Part shown: one piece after another, positions 23,957 through 34,800 of the stretch | Layout: the number at the start of each line of letters is the position of its first letter | Position numbering within the stretch: position 1 is the first letter of the stretch | From: Hyphochytrium catenoides | Lineage: Eukaryota > Protista > Hyphochytriomycota | Assembly (NCBI GenBank): GCA_900088475.1 | Contig: FLMG01001674.1 | Location: 23,430-87,429 of the forward strand | Reading direction: 5' to 3' | Length of the DNA stretch: 64,000 nt | Made by a program: the position numbers and the translations under genes | Notes under the pieces: model-generated | Seen by the model: the letters and a program-made list of their open reading frames with translations, nothing else | Told to the model about the DNA's origin: nothing | Database searches by the model: none

Positions 23957-25417
23957 TCATTCACGTACTGTTAGTTGGCACAACCTTCTTTTCTCCGGGC
24001 CTCTCAGCGATACGGGCTGCAGGTTGTCATCTTTCTTCCCTTCAACTTTCTTGTCGATGGCGTGGCCATTGTGAACGCTTTCCTTCGCGCTTATCGCTAC
24101 CTCTACGGACCTGACGCGTGACTTGATGATAAGACAGTCTTCAGGATATCTGAAGCTCGAGTAGACGAGCTTGACCATCATAAGGAAGATGGTGTATCCG
24201 CGGTTGAGACAGAAGTCCTTCATTGACAGGCTAAGCCTCGCGCTGTTTGACGGCCCACAGCTTGTTCTAGTGCTATCGCCTATACTATCACCATTACTGT
24301 TTGGTACACCATCGTAGACTAAGCCATCAAAGAGATCCAACCGATAGGGCTTGAAGCCATCCCCAACTTCGGCGTATATAAAGGCCAACGGAGCGATGAA
24401 ACCCACCAGGTTGAATAGTTGAACATAGCGGAGGCGAGGTCTCTCGCTGATGGGAAAGCTGTCATAAAATAAGAAGACGCAACAGAAGCCCCCAAAGACT
24501 CCCAGACAGCCGAGGGCACCAAATAAGGAGTGACCGATGACGATAAAGCAACTGGAGCTGTAGAGAAACATCTCCGCCATGAGAAAGTGCGTCTCGTATA
24601 CCGCGGTGCACCGCTTCACCATAGCCCAATTCATAAGAGACGTGAGACCCAAGCACAGCCAGGAGACGGCCAGAACAAAGACACAGGCTAGAGGAATACG
24701 GAGCAAGCCGCTATTTCCCGCTTCAGCAGGGCCAAAGCTCAAATACATCCCGCTGACCCAAGCCAGAGCGCTCGTGGCTCCAAGTAAGATGATCTCGTAT
24801 CTCTTCCTATGGTATCGTCGCCATAAGCGATGGACCTTGGCTCCCAGAAACTTGTGCATGACAGTGTCATTGCTCTCGTTCAAGGAGAGCTCCGTGCGTC
24901 GATAGGTAGGGAAGAGTGTCTTGTACTGCAGTCGTTCGCTCTCTTCACTGTCTGCTTGCGTTGCTAACGATGAGTGTATTGTCTTCTTTTGCGCAGCACC
25001 ACCACGGCGCTTGACCTTGACTTGCCCTGCACTGGAAGAGGGCGGACTTCTATTTACTAAGAATGCTGGCAAGCACGTTTTTCTGAATCCTTCCCTAGGA
25101 GACGTGATGGCTTTAGCGGGCACCGTCTGGTTACAGGCAGTCGTAGGGCTATGAAGCAGAGATAAATCGGCACTGAGCCTTACAAAGTTTGGGGAAGGAG
25201 AAGGCGGAGACAGTGGTACTACTGGGGCCGATGAGGTTCGTTGAAGTAGGTCATCAATGGCTTCTCTCGTTTCGTGCAAGATATTGCTGGCGCTATCGTC
25301 TACCTGAGGGCTATCCCGAAGAAAGGACAGCAGCGGTTGACAGAGTTGACCCACCCTGATTGACGGCGGACAAGCCGAGGAATATTTAAAGTGTTCACTG
25401 CCTGGCGTGTGCTGCAT
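23957..25417 (-). CDS. Uncharacterised ~6-TM membrane protein, paralogue 3 (486 aa)
   Basis: Same family motifs: FPTYRRTELSLNESNDTVM, LMNWAMVKRCTAVYETH, RPRLRYVQLFN, KDFCLNRG, KLVYSSFRYPEDC. Confidence 0.85.
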   Translation of the reverse strand: MQHTPGSEHFKYSSACPPSIRVGQLCQPLLSFLRDSPQVDDSASNILHETREAIDDLLQRTSSAPVVPLSPPSPSPNFVRLSADLSLLHSPTTACNQTVPAKAITSPREGFRKTCLPAFLVNRSPPSSSAGQVKVKRRGGAAQKKTIHSSLATQADSEESERLQYKTLFPTYRRTELSLNESNDTVMHKFLGAKVHRLWRRYHRKRYEIILLGATSALAWVSGMYLSFGPAEAGNSGLLRIPLACVFVLAVSWLCLGLTSLMNWAMVKRCTAVYETHFLMAEMFLYSSSCFIVIGHSLFGALGCLGVFGGFCCVFLFYDSFPISERPRLRYVQLFNLVGFIAPLAFIYAEVGDGFKPYRLDLFDGLVYDGVPNSNGDSIGDSTRTSCGPSNSARLSLSMKDFCLNRGYTIFLMMVKLVYSSFRYPEDCLIIKSRVRSVEVAISAKESVHNGHAIDKKVEGKKDDNLQPVSLRGPEKRRLCQLTVRE

Positions 25418-28200
25418 CCTTGTTCACTGGTGGTGAAAGGAGGAGACCCTGACGAGGACTTCGTCTTCCGTAGTAGAAAAAGATAAAGGCTACTTTTGTG
25501 CAGCTCAATCTTCCAGTTGAAGGGCTCGAGGTACTAAGAACAACAAGCTCAGCACCACCACTGACTAGGTGTCGGTATGACAATTTTCAGCTACAATACT
25601 TCGTGCATGACGTTCATTGGAAGAAGGAGAGCGCTTCATAGCCGCAAGAAGGCGGAATGGTCGTAGAAAACAAAGCATAACAGGGAAGAGACGAAGACGA
25701 GAGAGAGAGAAGAACGCGCTGGGAGGACGGGAGGATGAAGCTAGTTAAGATTTCGTTCCATTGATCATGCCCTTATGCACGGCGGCGTTGGCCACCCGAG
25801 GGGAAAGAAAGGGAAGTGGCAGCTGAAGAGCTGATTGAGAAATACAGAGGAACGGTTCTGCGGCACCAATAATGCGCAACAAGATGCAAAAGAGAGTCTG
25901 AAAGAGAGAGGAGAGAAGAGGAGAAAAGGAGGGCCCGTGCTACGGCATTTAGTAGAGTCCACTTCTTCCTATTCGTGTCTTCTCCTCCTTTCCTCCAACC
26001 TCCTCCTCTCCCGGATCATGAGGCTCGCTCTCTCCTCCTGCGCTGTTGGACGGAACGAGTGCTGCTCCTGTGTGCTGCTGCACCGAAGTGAAGCCTTCTT
26101 GTTCATCCCGCGGCCTTCTTTCTTCATCATCCGGCCCCACCTTGTGTCCCCTTCCTTTCCGCAGTGAGTGCACTATTCAAGATGTAACGGACGCTTTCCC
26201 TGACGTTACCGGCTGTAACTGGTCCTGACAGTAACGGATGTCAGGTAAACTGCCATTTTGTTCCCTCAGTCAGTCGAGTGACGCCTTCCTTTCGCGTCCT
26301 CCTTCGCATCCGCGTTCCTCAGCTTCTGGCCTTCGGCCTGCTGCCAGCAGCCCTGGTGTCTCTTCTTCCCAACTCTTGCTAATAGTGCTTGACAGTTCCT
26401 ATTATTCGCTCTCATTGCTTCCGTTACTCTGGCTCCGGATAACAAAACATCATGCAGCCTTCTATGATGATGGATGTTGTCTATCATCTGCTACTGCGTG
26501 CGGGCATTGGAGTTGTATCTACACGAAGGACATGACGCCACCGACCGCCTTGCTCTGGAAAAAGGGAAGATGGATCTATTAGTCCCTTCCTGTCAAACTG
26601 GTGCATCTAGCATGATAATGGCCCCACATGCTGTTGTATTACTTTACTCGTCATCCGAGACATACCACCAACAACAACAAGCACGAGCACCACCACCATC
26701 TTGGCTGGGGCCAAGTAAGTGTCACCTAGACTGGCGGAAGAGATGACTTGCTACAAGAAATGCTGAAGAAGAGACAGCTCCTCACTATTATCGGCCACCT
26801 ACAAAGTGACTGACAACAGAAAAGAAAGGCAATCAGTAAGACGGCAGGAGATGTTTGCCTTACCTCTAACTACTCTCGACCACTTTTTTGAACAACATCT
26901 TGATAATGACCGATAGATTCCCCCAAAAGGCAGACGATTTATACACTTTGGCCACGACGACCGTCATTCGCAAACATGTGCTGGCAGCGTCTGGAGATGA
27001 CGGTGAGGAGGACGACATCTCCTGCTCCCGGTACGGATAATAATGCTGCGGACAGAGAGGGCAACTTAATAGAGGAAGATCGATGCTCCATCGGCGATCT
27101 GCTAAACGGAAGTTTTGCTGACTAAGAAGACAATAAGGCAACAGACAGAGAAAGTTATTAAAAAAAAAACCTTTAGCGTTCACTGAATAGAGTTCACCGC
27201 TCGGCAGGAGGCCACGAAGAAATGCAACCCACTGAGAGAGAGAGAAAGGAAAGGAAGAAGCAACCTCCTCGAGATAGAAGTAACCCTTGGAGAGAAGTAT
27301 TATAAAGAAGCACACACAGAAAAAGAGAGATAGAGAGTACTTAAGGAGGAGAGAGAATGGAAGTCTTATTAGCACTAAAATAAACGGCTGAGGAAACGAG
27401 ACAACGAGATAATAAGAAAGAGTAGTGAGCAAGGGGAGCCCGAGCTGGTTGTCCAAGACAAAGTGAAAGTGGAGAGATGGCACTTCTGCTTAAGGTTCAT
27501 TCTATAAGTAGGCTGTCTGCTTCTGGCTCGTCGCTAGTGATTTGTGCAAAGAAGCATATTAACTACTAAGCTGGTGTCTAGAACATATCAAAGATTCGTT
27601 TTTCGCCGCCTCTTCTTTTGAGGACTGGCTGGTGGGCTGGAGGAGGACAAGTAGTACAGGACTTGTAAATCATTGGCGTTGATGGACATCATCATGCTGC
27701 TGCTGCTAAGTATTGCTTGTTGTTAGCTACTTTGTTGGTAGACTTCATCTTCCTGCTATTAGTGGTCCATTAACCATGGTGTTTTATTTCCCCTTCTTGT
27801 GGACCTCCTCCTCCTTCTTCTGGTCAATGCTTATTAATTGCTACAAGTACTTCGTGCTATTTTAGTCAGAGCTGCTTCAGCCACGCTACCATCAGCAGCA
27901 GCCATGAGGCTGGGAAAGAAGACTGGACGCGACGATCGATGACGGAGGGAAGAAGAAAGCAGCAGAGAACGACGCTGATGCGACGAATGACGACTGCTAA
28001 GAAATCAGCTTGCTGTAAGTTTAAACTCCTCCCCTCCTCAGCATCACCTCCGCTGCTTACGATTGACTATCTGGTTGTGGAGATCTGTTGTGGAGGAGAA
28101 GACTCTATGGGGAGGGAAGCTGTGCATTAAGTGGCGGAGATGATGATGATGATCTTACTCTTCAAACGTTCAGTACGAGTAGCGGTTCGGAGGAGGATGA

Positions 28201-29100
28201 TATAGCGTTTAGAGCCTCTCGGAATCCTTTCCGAGACAGGTCTCTCTCGTACGCTCCTAGTAGGCACAGAGGAAGCCTTGGAAAGAACACTCTGGCGCAA
28301 TAAACCGAAGTGCAGATCGTCTGGAAAATGTGAAGTGAGATAACAGCTTAGCGCGCGGTGAGCGCGGCAGTCGCACATCCCGTCGCTATGTAGAACATGC
28401 AAGGTCTAGACTACTGCTATCAAGTAAACATGCAAAGGCAAGCCATCAAGAGTGGGGAGTGTGGACTACTACGCTATAGCTGACGTGGACCTTTGGAGTG
28501 ATGGAAACATTCCCAACAACGTATTGATGAAAAGAAGAAAATGTTACATGATGCTCCCCTCCTTAAGCGCTTGCCGTCCGCGGCAAAGAAAGTACAGCGA
28601 AAAGTACTAGTCAAGCCATCAGATATTAGGTCGCGTGGGTTCAGAGTTAGAGCGTCTTCACCATAGGGAGAAGGTTGGAGGATTCGGGTTCCCAAGTAGC
28701 ATCAGAGAGTGGGTAACCGAGCCATTTGACGAGGTATTGGCGCTGGCGACGGTATTCTCGAGTCTTCAAAATCTTCTCGACATGATAATGAAGATCGTCA
28801 CCAAGAGGACCGACAAAAGGCGTTGGTGGAGGTTGTTTGTAGGCCGCCGCCCGCCAATATCTCATCAAAGGGCTCGTCGGTTACCACTGTAACGTTTAGT
28901 AGAGCATCTCGCAAACCTTTCCGAAACACGTGTCTCTCTCGTACGCTACTGGTAGGCACAGAGGAAGCCTTGGAAAGAACACGCTAGCGCAATACACCGA
29001 ACTGCAGATCGTCTGGAAAATGTGAAGAAGTAAGATTATTATAACAGCTTAGTGCGCGCGGCGCGGCAGTCGCGCATCCCATCAGAACATGCAAGGTCAA
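28201..29100 (-). mobile_element. Highly deleted chromovirus-like (Ty3/Gypsy) LTR element: LTR, PBS-like site, chromodomain, PPT, LTR
   Basis: About 200 bp of diverged direct repeat (28201-28406 and 28888-29098). On the minus strand TTACA|GTGGTAACCGACGAGCC is PBS-like (~28887-28871) and the purine tract AAGGAGGGGAG precedes TGTAACA at 28548. Internal chromodomain YHVEKIL..RQYLVKWLGYPLSDATWEP. Confidence 0.75.
28647..28865 (-). pseudogene. Retroelement-type chromodomain fragment
   Basis: QPPPTP followed by YHVEKIL, YLVKWLGY and TWEP, as in chromoviral integrase C-termini. Confidence 0.8.
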
Positions 29101-30251
29101 CGGCATAATGAAGTACGTGCGGTATATACTGTACAATAAGGGAAGGGGTAATTCCAAATAACAAGAAAGTGTGAAAGGATATCCCTGATGTAAGGCTTAG
29201 TTGACACCCTGTGAAGATTCGAAGGATATGGGATTGGAGCACCTGCACAGCTTTTCTGATGGATCTGTTCTAGCAAGCGCTACAAGGGAGAGAGAGGGAG
29301 AGAGGGAGACGCGGGAGATAGAACGGAGAGGGAAGGAGAGCGAGGGAAAGACAAATGAGAAAGAGAAAGAAAGAGAGAGAGAGTGAGAGAGAGAGAATGA
29401 GAGAGAGAGTGAGAAAGAGAGAGAGAGAGAGAGTGAGAGTGAGAGGGAGCGAAGGAGAAAGCCGAAAACTGCAGCCGCGTTCTGAAAGCTAGAAGCCAGC
29501 AGTTGTGTTTGGAGGTGAGAAAGTTCTTCTTACTGGCTCCTCCCCTCAGAACAGCTGCCCCCGCTTCTCTTCTCTCCCACCGCACGGCCAGTGCTTCCAT
29601 TCCTCAATCTTCCGCTCCCAAGCAACAAGCTGCCGGCGCCACCGAAGCACTCGTTGGGATCCCTGGGCCTGCATCGGAGGAAGAAAGAGTCGGTAAGAAG
29701 CCCCAGAAATCGCGAATGTGGAAATGATGATGATAGTAGGGTCACAACTGCTGTCCTTTGCCTGTCTGAATGCTGCGTGGTTGCTTTGTCATTTGTCCCA
29801 CGCCTCAAAGGACAACTCTCTGCACTCGACTCGTGACTGTGTATGTCTATCAAGACCTTCCCTTTTTGTCTCATGATGATCTACCCAGCCTTCTCCGCTG
29901 CCTAGGGTCTGTTGGACGTGGAAGTGTGCTCTGTCTTCTTTTGACAAAGGCAGTTGAGGCTTCTTAGGTCCCCGTCTCGCCCTCTTCCAGTCATCTCCTC
30001 CTCACATAACCCTGCTTTTCTCTCTTCGTTATCAAGTCTTTACCACTATGGACCTGATGAGGTCCGGTTGTTTGACATTCCCTATGCGCTCTGCTGCCCA
30101 CAGATCTGTAGAGAACTGTCTACCAAGCGAGGAGGATCTAACTCTGACGCTTGCAGTGTCACGAGGAAAAAGGGTCCTTGCTGTCACACTCACTCGCAGT
30201 CGCTGGTATCCCTAAATCTCTGTCTTTCGCGTATCTCCCCTTTAGCTTGCC

Positions 30252-31211
30252 ATGGACGCCTGGGTGACAAAGGCTGGAGAGCACTCGCTCCAGCGGCAGC
30301 CCATTCCCACGTTGAGTGAACGCGATGTTCTTGTCCGCCTCAAGACCGCGGCGATGAACCCTGTCGACCATAAGGTAACCGCAGGCGGAGCTGACAATGC
30401 CATCCTGGGCTTTGACGGCGTTGGAACGATAGAGAAGCTTGGCCCCAAGGCCGTGCTGGGCTTTAAAGAGGGCGATGAAGTCTGGTTTGCTGGCAACCTC
30501 AAGCGGAATGGCTGCTATGCCCAATATGTTGCCATAGATGAGCGCATTATCTCTAAGAAACCCAAGAAGTTTGATGCTAAGCAATCCGCTGGCTTTCCAT
30601 TGGTAACGCTTACAGCCTGGGAAGCCTTCGAGGAGGGAATGGGCATCACAACGCTGGACTCAGGGAAGACCATGCTCGTTATCGGTGGAGCGGGAGGCCT
30701 TGGAAGTGTTGCCATCCAAGTCGCTAAGCAGCAATTTAACCTCTTCGTCATCGCCACCGCTTCCAGGCCAGAAAGTAGCGCTTGGTGCACCAAGATGGGT
30801 GCAGACCTTGTCATTGACCATACAAAGGACCTTCTTCCACAGTTGGGGGACCACCGAGTGGACTATCTCTTCTGCACGGAGGACAAGTCTAGGACATGGG
30901 ACCAGTGGGGCGATATCATGAATGTCAACGGGAAGATTCAGCTGATCACGGCTCCAGACAGGCCAGTCTCGCTCGAGCCCTTCTTCTACAAGCGTATTAG
31001 CGTGGGCTTAGAGCTGATGTTCACAAGGCCTATGTTTGACGTGGAGCAGGAGAAGCAGGGTCACATTCTTAAGAGGATGGCCCACTTGGTGGATGCAGGA
31101 CGCATCGTCCCCGTTGATAACTATCATTTTGACTTCAAAGAGCTGAAGAAAGGGTATGAGCAGATCAAGACTGGAAAAAGCATTGGAAAGATCATCTTCA
31201 CTGGATTTTAG
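30252..31211 (+). CDS. MDR-superfamily oxidoreductase (zinc-type alcohol dehydrogenase-like / quinone oxidoreductase-like), intronless, 319 aa
   Basis: MNPVDHK, ILGFDGVG, FKEGDEVWFAG, PLVTLTAWE, GGAGGLGSVAIQ, IATASRPES, GADLVIDH, ELMFTRPMF and SIGKII; canonical ADH zinc-binding motifs (GHE, Cys cluster) are absent. Confidence 0.92.
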   Translation: MDAWVTKAGEHSLQRQPIPTLSERDVLVRLKTAAMNPVDHKVTAGGADNAILGFDGVGTIEKLGPKAVLGFKEGDEVWFAGNLKRNGCYAQYVAIDERIISKKPKKFDAKQSAGFPLVTLTAWEAFEEGMGITTLDSGKTMLVIGGAGGLGSVAIQVAKQQFNLFVIATASRPESSAWCTKMGADLVIDHTKDLLPQLGDHRVDYLFCTEDKSRTWDQWGDIMNVNGKIQLITAPDRPVSLEPFFYKRISVGLELMFTRPMFDVEQEKQGHILKRMAHLVDAGRIVPVDNYHFDFKELKKGYEQIKTGKSIGKIIFTGF

Positions 31212-31809
31212 GTGACGATCACGATAGGCGAGAGTGCAAAGGGCCACAAAGAGAAGCGATCGATCTCTAACCTTAAACGATAAAAGAGAGCGACAAGGTT
31301 TCTACCGCCTAAAGCCCAACTCTTCTCATTCCTTTCGTTATCGTTCCTCAGATGCCGGCTACGATGCTGAAGAAACTAGTCACACTTTCAGTCGATAAGC
31401 GGCCTACTGCATGCACTTCATCATAGCTCTGAGGGCCAAAGCGTGACACGTACAGGGCCTCTCTCACTGCCGTCCCTCATCCTAAGCCCGAGTATAACGA
31501 GGGCAGAGCCTTATTCTATCTGAGCGAGTCCTCCAACACAACTTCTCAAAAGTGAATGACCTCCACAAATGTAGATTATTATCATGAAAATTAGAAGTAG
31601 GACTAAACTCACAGGCACAACTGAGCCATTATCAAGGTGGTAGGTAGGACGCGTCTATATAGAGATAAAGCAGGAAAGGACCAACAACTGTTGACGGACA
31701 GAAGAAAGCCAAAGAGAATTATGGAAGACAGACTAAGCACTCGCCTACTTCAGCTCTGCCCGAGTATCATATTCTGCTATTCATTGTCTTCTCTGATGAC
31801 CACATCGCT

Positions 31810-34800
31810 TTACTCGCTCCAGCGCGAGTTGGAAGCAACTTTCTCCTCCTCAGCTGACAAAGCCGGAGAAGCTGAGTTTATTCTCTGGACACATCGCTGA
31901 TGGTGAGCTCCCTGCTCTCTGTGCCGCTGCTTAGGAGGGAACTTGTTAATCGTTGCGATCAGCTCATTCACACGAAGCGGCTTGGTCACATATTCGTCCT
32001 ATGATGAGAGAGGAAGAGAGAAAAGATTGGTATTAGAAGGTCAGGGGTCATGATGATAGAAGGAAAGTATGGAGGTCACTAGGTTGACAAAAGGTAAAAA
32101 TCTATGGGGTAGTACAGAAGCAGTCACGATAAGTGAAGAAGACATCCAGGGCTAAACAGCGGTAGACACTTCAATCTTCTTACCATGCCCGCAGCGACGC
32201 ATTTCTCCCTGTCACCAATCATGGCATGCGCTGTGAGCGCAATGATAGGCACTCTCTCCCAGACTTCCTGCCCTCTCCTAGTGGCATTCTCCTGCTCCCA
32301 CTTCCTGATTCTCTGGGTGGCCTCAAAGCCGCCCATGATAGGCATCTGCACGTCCATCAGCACCAGGTCGTAATCGCCCATCTGGAACATTTCAACCGCG
32401 ATTTGTCCGTTTGAGGCAATCTGAACCTTGTGACCGAACTTCTCGAGCACTCTAACCGCAAGCTTCTGGTTGACTACATTATCCTCGGCCAGCAGGATGT
32501 GCAGCGGAGTAGGAGGCGTAGAAGCGTTTGCAGGCAGCGAGAGTTGCAGCTCGAGGGCCGGCAGAAGAGCATTGAGTACGTCTGGCAGGGTTGGAGTCAC
32601 AGTCAGCGACTGGATGCCCAGCTCAAAGCACTTCTTCATGAGCAGAGGCGGATGCACCGGTGAGAAGAGAACCATTGGGATGTAGCGCAGATATGGGGAC
32701 TGGCGCAGAGGAGGGATGGACGAGAGCTTGGACACTGTTGGCAGCGCAGCAGGAAAGAGGAAACTTAGAACTGCAGGATACCATCATAGAAGAGACTCTT
32801 GAACTAACTGCAGGCCCTGGGACTCTCTACCCGTCATTTCTCTCTCTATCTCTCCAGCCATTCTGAATTTTCAAGGCTATCAAGGCTATTTCCCTGCTGG
32901 TGCTTACCTATGGCCACGTCGAACTTGACACCCTTGAACTTCCCTTCTTCTTCCCACTGAATAGCCTCCCTTGCCGTGCGGACCCTGATCGGCCGCAACT
33001 TGAGCGCTTCAAGATGCTGGAGCATGAGAGAAGCCATGGTCTCTCGGTCTCTGTGAACCCATTCGTTCTTGGTAATAACCTCTCTATGGGGAGGTTTCTT
33101 TGCATCAGCTCTGTCCCTCTTTCTTCTCTTCCTCTTTCTCTTTTCCTTGTCAGTTCCATATGGCTCCTCGCCAGCTTCTCCTCCTGGTTGAGCGCCTTCT
33201 TCTGCCTCATCAACCTTCTCATCCTCGCTTCTCTCTTGCTCAGAAGCCATGTCCTCGTCATCATCACCTGGTTGCTCCTCCTCCTGCGTTACCGTTCCAA
33301 TCTCCATCTCGTCCTCCGGTATGTCACAATGGCCAGAGAGAGACAGGAAGGGAGAAACAGGCTCATCCTCTTCTTCATCCTCTCCATCCACAAGTAGGAT
33401 CCATCTTCCAGTGTAAGGGATCATCTTCTGCTCCATGAGGAGATTGATGTCAGCGTTGATGTTGACATTGTTGCCCACGTAGATGGCAGAGAGCTCCTTT
33501 CCTTTCTCGCCTACCCTCTTTCGCCCATCTGCTCCCCCTATCACTGCACAGCCGCCACTAGTCTTAGCTAGCGCGGACGAGACACAAGGTGGCTCGAACG
33601 GAACGGATGAAGGTAGCGCGAGCGCCGTGGAGGCGGGTGATGCGCAGCTCTTATTCTCCGTAACTTTGACTGTGAAGTAGAAGCGTGATCCCTCTCCATA
33701 CTTAGATCTGACCCACAGCCGGCCGCCCATCAGAGCAACAAGCCGCTTTGAGATGCTTAGACCAAGCCCCGTACCGCCATACTTGCGCGTGGTAGAGCCT
33801 GTGCCACGGATGTAAAGGTTAAGAAGGTGTTTGGCCAGTATAGTCGCTAGGTGTCTTACCGTCTGCCTGACAGAAAGTGTCGAAGATGACGTGCGCCTTG
33901 TCTTCAGGAATGCCAATGCCGGTATCACTGACGCAGAGAGTGAGCTCCAGAGAGCTTTCCTCTTCCGTACCGTTTTCATCAATCAGCCTCACGCACTTGG
34001 CGCTGACCACAATCTCGCCTTCAGATGTGAATTTGACGGCATTGCCCACCAAGTTCGTGATGACCTAGAGAGTAAACTTGTTAGAGAAAAGCTTCCCTCG
34101 CCAGCTCATTTATCAATCCACGCACCTGTCTCAGTCGAAGAGGGTCGCCGATCAGTTGGTCAGGAATGGCAGGATTGATGTTATAGATCAAGTTCAGGTT
34201 CTTCTGATGAGCCTTAGGAGCCATCGTCTTCAGCATTGAGAAGACAGAAGAGCGAAGAGAGAACGGGATGCGCTCGATATTCAGCTTGCCAGCCTCGACT
34301 GCAGGATTAAGAGGAAAACAATGGAGAAAGGAAGCAGACATCGGTCAGAACTGCCCAGGTAACGATTCAACATGGGGAGACAAGGACTTACTCTTGGAGA
34401 TATCGAGAATGTCATCGATGATTGTCAGTAGAGAGTTGGCAAGAGAACTGACTGTCATGAGATTCTCCCTCTGCTGACGGGTGAGCTCTGTTTCCAGAGT
34501 CAAGTTCGTCATACCGATAATGCCATTCATCGGGGTTCGGATCTAAGTGATAATGATGGTCATGCAGAGAGCACGGCCTTAGCAAACCAATTAAGAAGCC
34601 CCAGGCGAGATCATTTTGCTTCTTACCTCGTGAGACATGTTAGCCAAGAACTCTGACTTGCTTCTGTTCGCAGTCTCTGCCGCCTCCCTTGCCAGCCTAT
34701 TCTTATGAATACTCTCACGCAGATTGTAGACCATTTGGTTGATCTTCGTCTTTAGCGAGTCCATTTCACCCGACGCCTTGACGGTGATATAGCTGTTGAC

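Noticed and set aside
26866-27483. 205-aa hydrophobic ORF
   Set aside because: Non-ATG start, pyrimidine-biased composition and no family motifs.
30159-30854. Antisense ORFs over the oxidoreductase, and likewise over the kinase and membrane genes
   Set aside because: Shadow frames of real genes with no independent evidence.
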